Under the pieces are notes generated by a model that saw only the letters and a list, made by a program, of their open reading frames with translations, ran no database searches and had not been told where the DNA came from. The translations under genes were made by a program, and so were the position numbers. DNA of 59,112 bases from a virus (taxonomy: Duplodnaviria > Caudoviricetes), in IMG/VR virus record IMGVR_UViG_3300030333_007526, positions 1 to 59,112 of that record. The stretch is one strand, 5' to 3'. Below, one piece after another: positions 1-8,773 of this stretch (position 1 is the first letter of the stretch; each line of letters starts with the position of its first letter).

Positions 1-551
1 GGATTCTTGTACTTGTAAGTATCACCATTATAACTTCTTGCCACAAAATAACTAACATTTCCGTCATCATTAAAAGAAGGCACCACAATTCTGTTGCGAT
101 ATTCTCCGCTGAAACAATAGCCGATCTTCCATTTTAATATCTGTTCGTCTGTGACGCCACGCGATTTCAAATAGTTGCGTGCATATAAACCAGTCCTAGG
201 TATATTGTCGTGACATAGACTTATGAACTCTGGCGGGAGTTCCAGGATCTGATCGTGTCTCTCCACGCTTCTCTCAGCAAAGAGATCATCAAATCTTTCC
301 AGATCTTGCCTGCCGAATGTTTGGTCCCATTTCTGTAGTTGAGTATAGGAACCAAAAGACCTAATAAGACGCCTAATAGAGCGGCCCCTATAATCACAAA
401 TCCAACACTTAAATACATTTTTAGACACGTTAACAGAAAGCTTAGATTTGTGGTGATTACATTTCGGGCATTTGAAAAGAATTTCCGAACCATGATCTCG
501 ACCTCTTCCTAAAGCTTCATTTAGTATCTTCTTCGCTGCTGCTTTGTTCAA
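1..551 (-). CDS. DNA primase, DnaG-type, N-terminal part (runs off window edge)
   Basis: Manual translation from TTG at 551: MNKAAAKKILNEALGRGRDHGSEILFKCPKCNHHKSKLSVN...FKCWICDYRG...NYLKSRGVTDEQILKWKIGYC...YRNRIVVPSFNDDGNVSYFVARSY...KYKNP. This shows a Zn-binding domain followed by the YL..RG, IGY, RI..P, F.AR and KY.N primase motifs. Absent from the ORF track because it has no stop in the window. Confidence 0.9.
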   Translation of the reverse strand, partial: MNKAAAKKILNEALGRGRDHGSEILFKCPKCNHHKSKLSVNVSKNVFKCWICDYRGRSIRRLIRSFGSYTQLQKWDQTFGRQDLERFDDLFAERSVERHDQILELPPEFISLCHDNIPRTGLYARNYLKSRGVTDEQILKWKIGYCFSGEYRNRIVVPSFNDDGNVSYFVARSYNGDTYKYKN

Positions 552-1098
552 TCGCCCACCCCGCTTTTGCTATAACAATTGCATCTGCACGGTCATACGA
601 TTCAGGTTTTGGATTTCCGTGCTTTGTGTATTCTATCTTGAAAGCAGGCTCGTTGTCAAGCAAATATTGTAAAACAACTTGTTTTGCTTTTTGTCCTCTC
701 GGAACTTTAATACCGGCGTGCTTGCGCGCTGACGTAGAGCCGATAAACTTGGGCTCCATGCTGAACATCTCATATACAAGCCATGACACGATGCCATTGA
801 ATCTTGTAAGAGTTGAAAGAGTTTTCGCAGATGATTTGCCGCCCATAAACATATGAAGGGATTGTTCGATATAAATGTGTGAAATTGGATGATCTGATTC
901 TGCTTCCATCCAATGATCATCTTCGCGAGAAAATTGATAATTATCAAAAAGATTAAAGATTGCTTCTTTTATTCTTTCTGCTTTCTCAAATAAGTTTTTG
1001 TATTTTCTTAGGTCGACCGAATCATAAAAAACAATCTCGCCTTCTGCTACGATGGCAAAACCAGTTATGCTCGTCGAAACGTCTATTCCAAGTATCAT
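517..1098 (-). CDS. RuvC-like Holliday junction resolvase (RNase H fold)
   Basis: ILGIDVSTSITGFAI, IYIEQ and YDRADAIVIA supply the D-E-D-D catalytic set; adjacent to primase. Confidence 0.85.
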   Translation of the reverse strand: MILGIDVSTSITGFAIVAEGEIVFYDSVDLRKYKNLFEKAERIKEAIFNLFDNYQFSREDDHWMEAESDHPISHIYIEQSLHMFMGGKSSAKTLSTLTRFNGIVSWLVYEMFSMEPKFIGSTSARKHAGIKVPRGQKAKQVVLQYLLDNEPAFKIEYTKHGNPKPESYDRADAIVIAKAGWAIEQSSSEEDTK

Positions 1099-1110
1099 TT
1101 TAATATTATA
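1099..1110 (-). promoter_or_regulatory. Candidate sigma70-type -10 box upstream of resolvase/primase
   Basis: TATAAT at 1110-1105 (minus strand), 6 nt before the ATG. The -35 position reads TTAAAT (weak match); no SD. Confidence 0.3.
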
Positions 1111-2484
1111 CTATATATCAAGCTTTAATTTAAACGTATAATCTTGGTCTTCTTTTTTTAGAACAGGATTTGATAATGTTGCAATACCAATTAAATTTTT
1201 ACTCTCGTCGTAAATTGCAACCCTGGAGATATAAACCTGTCTTTCGAACGAGGCAGAATGACCTGTGAAGCTTGAAGACGCAACATTTGCTAATAGTTGA
1301 TCAGGATTTTCTTCATAAATATTTGAAGATGTTAGCTTTAATTTTTGTTGTCCATATAGCAAGAATGTTGGATTATTGGAATAATTAACTTCACCCTTTC
1401 TAGCATGGGTAAACATAGTCATAACTTGTGTCTTATTCACCCCTTCAAATGAAAGATTGAAAGAGCAAGAAACAAAATTTGCGCCAGCAGTGCCAGTATT
1501 GACACCATCACCAGCACCGGCTCCAAAGTAAACCCATTTTGGGCTATCTGATGAGCTTGGATTTGTCATTGGAATTTCATGATCCGGCATCAGCTCCCAT
1601 GAACCTGTTAAAAGCACAAATCCTTCATCGTACATAACAACTCCGGCAACTTTATCATTATGAGATTCAGCATGTAGGCCGCCAGAAACTTGAATTAATT
1701 CTCCATTATGCTTTATATCTCTCAATTCTCCACACAAAGAGCCAGTATAATACCACTTTAATGAAACGCTGCCTGGCTTAATCTTAGATCCAAAAAATAT
1801 AGACGGAATTGAAATTAAATTAATTGTTTGATAATCTTTAATCCATTCGTATGAATCTTCATGAGCGTCTAAATTTCCAGTAACTCTGAAGTGTGGACTC
1901 TGAGCGCCATAAAAATCTAATCTATTTCTTAAAGCCCAATAGTGAGGATATTGTGGTATAAGTCTAGCAGATTCACCGATTCTAGGATCTGTAAACTTAT
2001 CTGATTCAGGGGCGCCAGGAGAATAATAATAATCAATTTTTTGAGTATCTTCATTATCAGAATCGTATACGGCCATTTTATGGCCTGCAACATCCAAATA
2101 CTTTCTGCTTATAGATGCGGTCATTGGATACTGACCATAAAGAACATCACCAACTGAAGCTGTAGTCCATTCGTTCAATCCTCCTGATGAGGTTACAGAA
2201 CGAAAGCTTGAGCCGGCACTATCTTTACTGATAAAAGGTCTAATGAATTCATTAAACGAGTGAGCTTTACCATTTGTACTAGAACCTGATGCCTGTCTGT
2301 CAATGTTATATTCGTATAGACTAAGGTGCCCAGGTGTAGTCACCACATTTGCACTAAATGCTCCTGATTGTTCAGGCTTGCTATTATAATAAACCTTGCT
2401 ATCAAAAATGAAAAACTCACAACGAGGGTGAGTCTTCATTGTATTCAAAACAATATCTTGTGGTCTGAATTTTTTCGTTGCCAT
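1111..2484 (-). CDS. Virion structural protein (baseplate/tail-collar associated), paralog of 2486..3640
   Basis: C-terminal NYSNNPTF...YISRVAIYDESKNLIGIATLSNPVLKK...FKLKLDI resembles the I.EIGL.D..G.L.A.A motif of tail-collar fibre (DUF3751-like) proteins; lies in the tail module. Confidence 0.6.
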   Translation of the reverse strand: MATKKFRPQDIVLNTMKTHPRCEFFIFDSKVYYNSKPEQSGAFSANVVTTPGHLSLYEYNIDRQASGSSTNGKAHSFNEFIRPFISKDSAGSSFRSVTSSGGLNEWTTASVGDVLYGQYPMTASISRKYLDVAGHKMAVYDSDNEDTQKIDYYYSPGAPESDKFTDPRIGESARLIPQYPHYWALRNRLDFYGAQSPHFRVTGNLDAHEDSYEWIKDYQTINLISIPSIFFGSKIKPGSVSLKWYYTGSLCGELRDIKHNGELIQVSGGLHAESHNDKVAGVVMYDEGFVLLTGSWELMPDHEIPMTNPSSSDSPKWVYFGAGAGDGVNTGTAGANFVSCSFNLSFEGVNKTQVMTMFTHARKGEVNYSNNPTFLLYGQQKLKLTSSNIYEENPDQLLANVASSSFTGHSASFERQVYISRVAIYDESKNLIGIATLSNPVLKKEDQDYTFKLKLDI

Positions 2485-2485
2485 T

Positions 2486-3640
2486 TTAGTAGTCTAGTCT
2501 AACACGTAAAGTAATCTCATTTGTAGGAGTTTTCTTTAGCGGCTCTGATAATTTAGCTGTTGCTAATAATTCATTGCTAGAATTATATAGTCCAATAGTT
2601 GTAATATAGGACACAGGCTCATCAGAAGCGATTGACTTGACTCTAATCTGACTGGATGACAGGTAGGTTGGGTTTGAGCTATAGTTATATTTGTTGTGTG
2701 GTACTCTGCAGAAATAAATTGTAGAATTAATTTCCGTAGAATTGTTAAATGATACGTTATAAATTCTGTGTCTTAACGCATCGCAAGATGCAGAAATAAC
2801 AGATCCAGTAAACGCACCAGAAACACTTCTTACATGTGGCTCACCATCTTGCGGAGAGCCACTAAGAAAATAATGGCCATGAGTACCAGCCGGCGAAATA
2901 CCAGGATGATTGTTAGTCTCTGCTGCCATGTCATCAAAAATAGACGAAGTAAGAACAACAACGCCTGCTTGATAGAAAATTACACCCAATGCTCTTGATG
3001 TAAGACTTGCAGTAGTATCATAAAGAAGCCCATAATCACCACCAACAACATTAGTAGTTCCCTCGCCATTTACAGAAGCGGAAAGATCTTGAAGTGTTAG
3101 CATAGCTGATGGCGCATTGGCTGACCCGGTTGGCCATGGTTGGCCCCATGAGCCGGTTCCAATCTTTATGGAAAATGAACCTTTCTTAATTTGATCTTTA
3201 ACAAGAAGTCTAGAAAAGCTAAGGAAAAAGCATGAGGTCATTGAACCTGTCTGGTCCAATGTCAAGTCGCTTTCAAACAATCTTACGGTATTATCTGAAC
3301 CAGTGTATCCCAACAATAGTTGTGAAAATTGATTATAAAGATTAATCTTTTTACTATTTTGTGTAGCAGCAGAACTAGAGAATGCTGAACTTTCGTCGTA
3401 TCCCATTGTGATATCAAAAATATGGTTAGACGACGAGCTTAAATAAGGATAATCGTAAACAGACTGAAACATACCATGGGTATAATTCTTAATGTTTTCG
3501 TTATTATATGTCGCCAAGGCTCCATCACCGGCACCACCGCTAATAATAGCGCCAGTTATAGGAATCACCTCGTGAAGAAGAGTCCTTGTGGTCGTCACAT
3601 CTGTAGTTGTATCTAATGATTCATAATTAATTACTGGCAT
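2486..3640 (-). CDS. Virion structural protein (baseplate/tail-collar associated)
   Basis: C-terminal NYSSNPTY...YITTIGLYNSSNELLATAKLSEPLKK...LRVRLDY; SD GGAGA upstream; rich in TGS/SAS/SSS. Confidence 0.6.
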   Translation of the reverse strand: MPVINYESLDTTTDVTTTRTLLHEVIPITGAIISGGAGDGALATYNNENIKNYTHGMFQSVYDYPYLSSSSNHIFDITMGYDESSAFSSSAATQNSKKINLYNQFSQLLLGYTGSDNTVRLFESDLTLDQTGSMTSCFFLSFSRLLVKDQIKKGSFSIKIGTGSWGQPWPTGSANAPSAMLTLQDLSASVNGEGTTNVVGGDYGLLYDTTASLTSRALGVIFYQAGVVVLTSSIFDDMAAETNNHPGISPAGTHGHYFLSGSPQDGEPHVRSVSGAFTGSVISASCDALRHRIYNVSFNNSTEINSTIYFCRVPHNKYNYSSNPTYLSSSQIRVKSIASDEPVSYITTIGLYNSSNELLATAKLSEPLKKTPTNEITLRVRLDY

Positions 3641-3652
3641 TTATATCTCCAA

Positions 3653-4648
3653 TCATGTGCCTGCGTATCTGATAATTCTAACTGGCAATTGCATTCTTGC
3701 TGACGAAACTGATCCTTGCACATATATTGTTGTGTCAACATAATCATATTTTTCACTTCCGCCAAATATGGTTTGATTAATAGAGCCATATTTATCAAAT
3801 TTTACAGATCGTGCCGCAGTAGAACGTGATGTTAATTCATTGTCCACAACAATATTAAGAGCAGTTACTGAACCTCTGGGGCCTGCTATAGATGAAATGG
3901 TTGTAGGGTCAACTAAATCATTATAAGTAACTTCATTATTGATTCCTATTCCTGTGAACGTATTATAATTGTCTAGTATAGGTGTAGATGAATTGGCAGT
4001 GCTGTTTCTAAGCGGTGTCATGTTAATCGCAGCAGTTCCGTCTGTATTATTTCTAAAGTATGCAGCTCGACCGGGAGTCAATAGACCAGCGACGAATCTA
4101 CCATCAGCATAAATTGTGTAAGAACTATCTAGTAAATTTGTGTTAAGAATGTAACTTGAACGATTTGTAGAATCGCTTGTTAATTTAGATGTATCAAGGC
4201 CAGACTCTACAAAGATAGCCATATCTGAAACTTGTGAAGATTCTAAAACATAATTTGAGCTACTAAATGCGGTTCGTAATTTTCCAGCCGTTTCTGAATT
4301 TGTAGCAACATAATAAACACTTGATGTAGTTTGCGCTGCAGATGTTACTAATTCGTTAGCCTTGAGGACTGGCAGATAAAGCAAGTCAGTTCTTGTGTGA
4401 GAAGTCAAGCCATAATTAATATTTGCATTAGTTTGAGTGAATGCTTCCAAGATTGGGGTTTGCATTATTTCTAAGTCAAAATAAGCCGAACCACTTGGGT
4501 GGTCTCGGTTAAAAAGTGTATAGTTGATTTCGTCATCGCCAAGTGCAAACTTAGTTATTTTAAAATTTCCTTGAGCGAGCCTTTTTCTACCAATGTCTGT
4601 AAGTACGGCGTCTAATATAATGTCGCCAGAGTTATCTAAAAAAGCCAT
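3653..4648 (-). CDS. Virion structural protein with tail-collar-like N-terminal motif
   Basis: MAFLDNSGDIILDAVLTDIGRKRLAQGNFKITKFALGDDEINY, an LT..GR..LA motif of DUF3751-like N-termini; SD AGGAG upstream. Confidence 0.6.
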   Translation of the reverse strand: MAFLDNSGDIILDAVLTDIGRKRLAQGNFKITKFALGDDEINYTLFNRDHPSGSAYFDLEIMQTPILEAFTQTNANINYGLTSHTRTDLLYLPVLKANELVTSAAQTTSSVYYVATNSETAGKLRTAFSSSNYVLESSQVSDMAIFVESGLDTSKLTSDSTNRSSYILNTNLLDSSYTIYADGRFVAGLLTPGRAAYFRNNTDGTAAINMTPLRNSTANSSTPILDNYNTFTGIGINNEVTYNDLVDPTTISSIAGPRGSVTALNIVVDNELTSRSTAARSVKFDKYGSINQTIFGGSEKYDYVDTTIYVQGSVSSARMQLPVRIIRYAGT

Positions 4649-4665
4649 TTAATTATTCTCTCTCC

Positions 4666-4675
4666 TATAAATAGT
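4666..4675 (-). promoter_or_regulatory. Candidate late promoter motif ACTATTTATA (TAWTTAT)
   Basis: Immediately upstream of the SD of 3653..4648; similar heptamers occur upstream of three other structural genes. Confidence 0.35.
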
Positions 4676-4688
4676 TGCTAATTTTGGT

Positions 4689-7484
4689 TTATCCGTTCTC
4701 TAAATTATAAGTAATATTTAAATCAATTTTTTTACCAGTTTTCTTTGATTTGAGTCTGATTTTGAAATTTTTTCCCCAAATTAACTCATCTGCATCTGTG
4801 TTTCCTAAAGTCACATTTTCAAATTGTGTGTTTGATTCTTGTGTATAATCGACATTTGATAAATTAAGAGCAGCTTGTATACCAGCCGGTCTGACATGCA
4901 GAACACTTTTAAATGTTTTTGTTGGATTTGTGTAGCTTGTAACATTTAGTTCATTTTCAGTATAAACTTTTGTTAATAAATAATTATAGCCTCCATCATC
5001 TATTAATTCAATTTCATAAACTTCAGTTAGTGGACCTCTTACTTCAAGCTCGTTAACGGCTCTAAACATATAATAGTATTTTTTATTAGTTAATATCTTA
5101 TCATAACATTCTACCACACCAAACGATGATTTTTCATCTCTTATTCTCATATCGTATGTTTTATATGCAGTATTTCCAAAATCTTTTAAAGTTGTTGGTT
5201 TTTCTGTGGTCCTAAAAACTTCAAATCTTGAAAGGCGAGAGCGACTTGAATACAGAATTTTGTCTGTTTTTAACATATCGTATGAATTTTCATAAGTTAA
5301 ATTGTAAGTTTGATCAAAATCATCTAGTGCATATGGCATTTTAATTTTTGCATATGCGTCATAATTTAATTGAAAGCCAACAACTTTTGAATTATCCTTA
5401 ACAAAAAATGGCATTACATCAATAACTGCTGGAGGGTGATCTTGAATTGTTACGGTTTTTGTCGATATTGGAATTTCATATAATCTCAATCCTGTTTCAT
5501 ATTCCATTGTTGCATCAGCTAAATATTGCATGTCGCTTTTAATCGCATTAGCCACATCAGCAAAAGTATTAACATCTTCCAGCGATGTGTCTTCTGGATC
5601 AAAGTATTGTGAACTTAAAGTTTCACTTTGATAAAATTGTAAACAAAATGAAACTAGTTCATCTTCATCAGTAATAGATGTTTCAGTGGCTATTTGCTGG
5701 CTATAAACAGGATTTGAAAACTTATATCTTAGCTCTTTTGAAACCATATATTTATAAATGTTATAAACATAAGTTCTTCCATGTACTACTTGTGAATCAG
5801 TAAAATTAATATCTTCTAAATTAGTTGAATTATAAATCCAAAAATTTTGAATAGTTTGGCCATTTAGTATTTTTTCTATTCTAAATGCAATTGTTTCGTG
5901 ATATTTAGAATTTGAAGATGATTCATATAATGATTGAACAGAATCTATTTCAAAATAATTAGTAGAAAGAAAATTTACTGTATCGTTTATAACGTTTAAT
6001 GCTTTCATTGTGTTAACTTGTGCTGCGGCATTAGAGTTCATAAGTTTTGCTGCTCTAACATCAGGAGACAATAAACTCATAAAATTACCAAATAGTTTAG
6101 TCCCTCTATCTTGAACAGATGTTTTAACAAAATCAGATATTTGTGATACATCATCATACAGCCTTATGTTTTGCAAAAATTTTATCATATCAATTGATTT
6201 ATAAGTTTGAGTTGATACGGAATCAATATTGGTAACTGAATTTTTTTCTTGCGAACCTGACATGCTTGACATAATTCTTACAAGAGATTTAGAATCAACC
6301 GAAAGCGCTTCTGGCCGAACACCAGGATTAAATACTGCTAATAAGTTTGTCAAAATAACGCTATCAAAAGTATAGTTATCGATAATATCTCGAATATTTT
6401 GATTTTGTCCTTCTTCTAATACTTCTCCGTCAGCCGATGCACAACCAAATAAGTTGTTTACAGACGGAATTGTAACGTCTATATAATAAGGAAATAGCTC
6501 ACGTTTTTGTAAAACTGGCGAATCTGTATTTAATAAAAACTCTGCATTTTCGGCATTATAGAATAAGTTATCTGCTGATTGAATGTACCTATCAGTTATT
6601 GATGCTGAAAGATCTGCATTAATATATGATGAGCTTAAGTATCGTCGTAAATTATAATTTCTGTCAGACATGTAATCATCAGAACTATCACCATCTTCAT
6701 CAACGCCAAAACTTAACGATTCTTCTGGAGGAAGCATTTGATGATCGGTTTTATCTAATAAAGTTGCTATTGGGGTCTCAGAATCGATGCCTTGAAGTTC
6801 TTCAAGCTGATCATCGCGCGTGATGTAATCATATACATACGCTGGGATCAAATTTGAATTTCCGTCGTTTTCAGCTTGTTCTGCTAAAACATACCAGTGA
6901 ATGTTTGGCAGCTGTTTTTCAGATTCAAAAAAAGTATTTGCTACAAATTCATAAAATTCTGGTACATGATAATTGTAGTAAGGTAATATTTTTATTGAAG
7001 AATATGATTCGCCTGTTATTGAATTCAATACTTTTGCTCTTTTATTTTGAAATGGCATATTATATGACACATAGCCATCAATATTATATTCTTCATTACT
7101 AAACACCCCATTAAACGAATAGTCAACAATCTCATCATTAATTGAATCTTCTAAATCAAGCTGTTGAGAACCTCCAATAATGTAGTGCTCCCACATTTTG
7201 TCTGATAAAATGGCGTCAGGATTGCCCTCTAATCTGATTGGAACTTTGCGGCTGTTAATTATTGCAGATGATGAAACAACTTCAACCAATTCAGTATTAA
7301 TATATATATTATTAATATAATTTGGAGTGGTAAATTCTCCAGGCACATCAGCCGATGAACCATATGTGCTATCAACAAGCTCCCACCCTTTTTTAAGTTC
7401 AGTTCTAAAAATATCTGCTGAACCTGAAAAAAGCTCCGGGTTTACTAAAAGCACACTAATTGATTGAATGTCTTCGCTGCTCAT
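4689..7484 (-). CDS. Large acidic virion protein, possible fibronectin-III-like beta domains
   Basis: Long ORF; probable start MSSED at 7484, just after the upstream stop (track start 7538 overlaps the previous gene). FTDSQVVHGRTYVYNI and YDKILTNKKYYYMFRAVN resemble FN3 Y.Y.(V/F)RA strands. Confidence 0.5.
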   Translation of the reverse strand: MSSEDIQSISVLLVNPELFSGSADIFRTELKKGWELVDSTYGSSADVPGEFTTPNYINNIYINTELVEVVSSSAIINSRKVPIRLEGNPDAILSDKMWEHYIIGGSQQLDLEDSINDEIVDYSFNGVFSNEEYNIDGYVSYNMPFQNKRAKVLNSITGESYSSIKILPYYNYHVPEFYEFVANTFFESEKQLPNIHWYVLAEQAENDGNSNLIPAYVYDYITRDDQLEELQGIDSETPIATLLDKTDHQMLPPEESLSFGVDEDGDSSDDYMSDRNYNLRRYLSSSYINADLSASITDRYIQSADNLFYNAENAEFLLNTDSPVLQKRELFPYYIDVTIPSVNNLFGCASADGEVLEEGQNQNIRDIIDNYTFDSVILTNLLAVFNPGVRPEALSVDSKSLVRIMSSMSGSQEKNSVTNIDSVSTQTYKSIDMIKFLQNIRLYDDVSQISDFVKTSVQDRGTKLFGNFMSLLSPDVRAAKLMNSNAAAQVNTMKALNVINDTVNFLSTNYFEIDSVQSLYESSSNSKYHETIAFRIEKILNGQTIQNFWIYNSTNLEDINFTDSQVVHGRTYVYNIYKYMVSKELRYKFSNPVYSQQIATETSITDEDELVSFCLQFYQSETLSSQYFDPEDTSLEDVNTFADVANAIKSDMQYLADATMEYETGLRLYEIPISTKTVTIQDHPPAVIDVMPFFVKDNSKVVGFQLNYDAYAKIKMPYALDDFDQTYNLTYENSYDMLKTDKILYSSRSRLSRFEVFRTTEKPTTLKDFGNTAYKTYDMRIRDEKSSFGVVECYDKILTNKKYYYMFRAVNELEVRGPLTEVYEIELIDDGGYNYLLTKVYTENELNVTSYTNPTKTFKSVLHVRPAGIQAALNLSNVDYTQESNTQFENVTLGNTDADELIWGKNFKIRLKSKKTGKKIDLNITYNLENG

Positions 7485-7485
7485 T

Positions 7486-8205
7486 TTAATATCCTGCTGC
7501 CGTGCTATCGGCGTCTCCGCCATCAACAAAAGTCTCATCAGATTGATTCATATTGCTTAAATTACTGGGCGATGTAATATCTGTTATATTAATAAGATTT
7601 GATGGCGGACTGCTGGCTATAACTCTTTGTTTAGTACTAATTATTTTATGTGAAGTATCGCTTTGCGCCGTTGTTGATATATAACCATCAATAAGGCTTT
7701 TAACTTTTGTGCTTATTAAAGTTGGTACACGGCTTGAGCCGCCTCGAAATTTGTCTGTTAATTTATCTTGCTCCGAGTAATACCAACTAAAATCATAAAA
7801 TTCAGTGCCTGAAAGACCTTCAGTAAGGTAGTCTTCCGTGGCTGTGGAGTCCTCTGGTGTATAATCACTGATTGTTGGAGGATTATCGCAATAAGAATAG
7901 TATACATATACAGTATAACCTGTAGTTTCATCTTGCCAGTATTCTCTAATAAAACCCAACTCTCCAGCTTGAATATAAGTTTCCATTAGATCAACAGCTG
8001 CGGCACTATATTCAAAATCTATTTCACCATCGTCAGATGGAATAGTGTAACCAATACAACCTTGAACAATAACGCCTTCACTTGTAACGCCATATGCGTT
8101 TTCAAGCATTTCTCTTATAAATTCAGAAGTTTCTGCGGTTGCTTCTTCTGCTTCGCCTTCTGTGGTTGCGCTAGCGCCACCGGGACCTTCTGATGCTGCA
8201 GCCAT
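7486..8205 (-). CDS. Hypothetical acidic protein (structural module)
   Basis: 239 aa ORF with SD GAGG; D/E/T/S-rich; no recognised motif. Confidence 0.6.
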   Translation of the reverse strand: MAAASEGPGGASATTEGEAEEATAETSEFIREMLENAYGVTSEGVIVQGCIGYTIPSDDGEIDFEYSAAAVDLMETYIQAGELGFIREYWQDETTGYTVYVYYSYCDNPPTISDYTPEDSTATEDYLTEGLSGTEFYDFSWYYSEQDKLTDKFRGGSSRVPTLISTKVKSLIDGYISTTAQSDTSHKIISTKQRVIASSPPSNLINITDITSPSNLSNMNQSDETFVDGGDADSTAAGY

Positions 8206-8221
8206 TTAAATTACCTCACTA

Positions 8222-8229
8222 ATAATTAT
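8222..8229 (-). promoter_or_regulatory. Candidate late promoter motif ATAATTAT
   Basis: Intergenic, between a TAG-TGA-TAA triple stop and the SD GAGG of 7486..8205. Confidence 0.25.
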
Positions 8230-8231
8230 CA

Positions 8232-8762
8232 CTAATTGCTAAAATTAAATTGTTTTAATGTACTTGAAGAAGAATCAAGATTTTTAGTAACCACATCTGC
8301 AGTTATATTTTCAACAATTTTTAAAGAATCTTGTGTTGATAAGCTGACTCTTTCAATTGATAAAGTTTCTTCAGGAGCACTATCAAGCGTATAAAAAGGA
8401 TCATCTACGTTTACAAATTTATCATCTGCAATTGTTTTTACATTTTTTGTGTTAGCTAGCGCCACTTGATCAATAATATTTTCATTATCAATGCTTTCTG
8501 TATCTGTTTGTTCTACCAGCAATGACATATTAATAGGCTCTGTCGAAACAGAACAGCCAATAGTGTTTAATATTTCAAGAGCCAGCGAAGTGTCAGATGT
8601 GCTTCCTATTGTTTCTGATACATAGCCAGATTTTTTAAGTCTGCGATATGCTCGATCATTTGCAATCAATGTCTCAGAGCTAGTTCTTGAGCCTCTTACT
8701 TGCTGTCTGCTTTTTCTATCTAAATTTATTTTAATGCTATTTTTTGTTAAATTAAATCCCAT
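8232..8762 (-). CDS. Hypothetical protein (structural module)
   Basis: 176 aa ORF with SD AAGGA; fills the gap between neighbours. Confidence 0.6.
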   Translation of the reverse strand: MGFNLTKNSIKINLDRKSRQQVRGSRTSSETLIANDRAYRRLKKSGYVSETIGSTSDTSLALEILNTIGCSVSTEPINMSLLVEQTDTESIDNENIIDQVALANTKNVKTIADDKFVNVDDPFYTLDSAPEETLSIERVSLSTQDSLKIVENITADVVTKNLDSSSSTLKQFNFSN

Positions 8763-8773
8763 TTTGATATCCT

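Noticed and set aside
221-493. 90 aa minus-strand ORF with an apparent TM helix
   Set aside because: It is an alternative frame inside the primase gene, whose frame carries clear primase motifs.
4666-4673. Exact T4 late promoter TATAAATA on the plus strand
   Set aside because: It points antisense to all genes with no plus-strand gene downstream; the reverse-complement reading fits the gene layout better.
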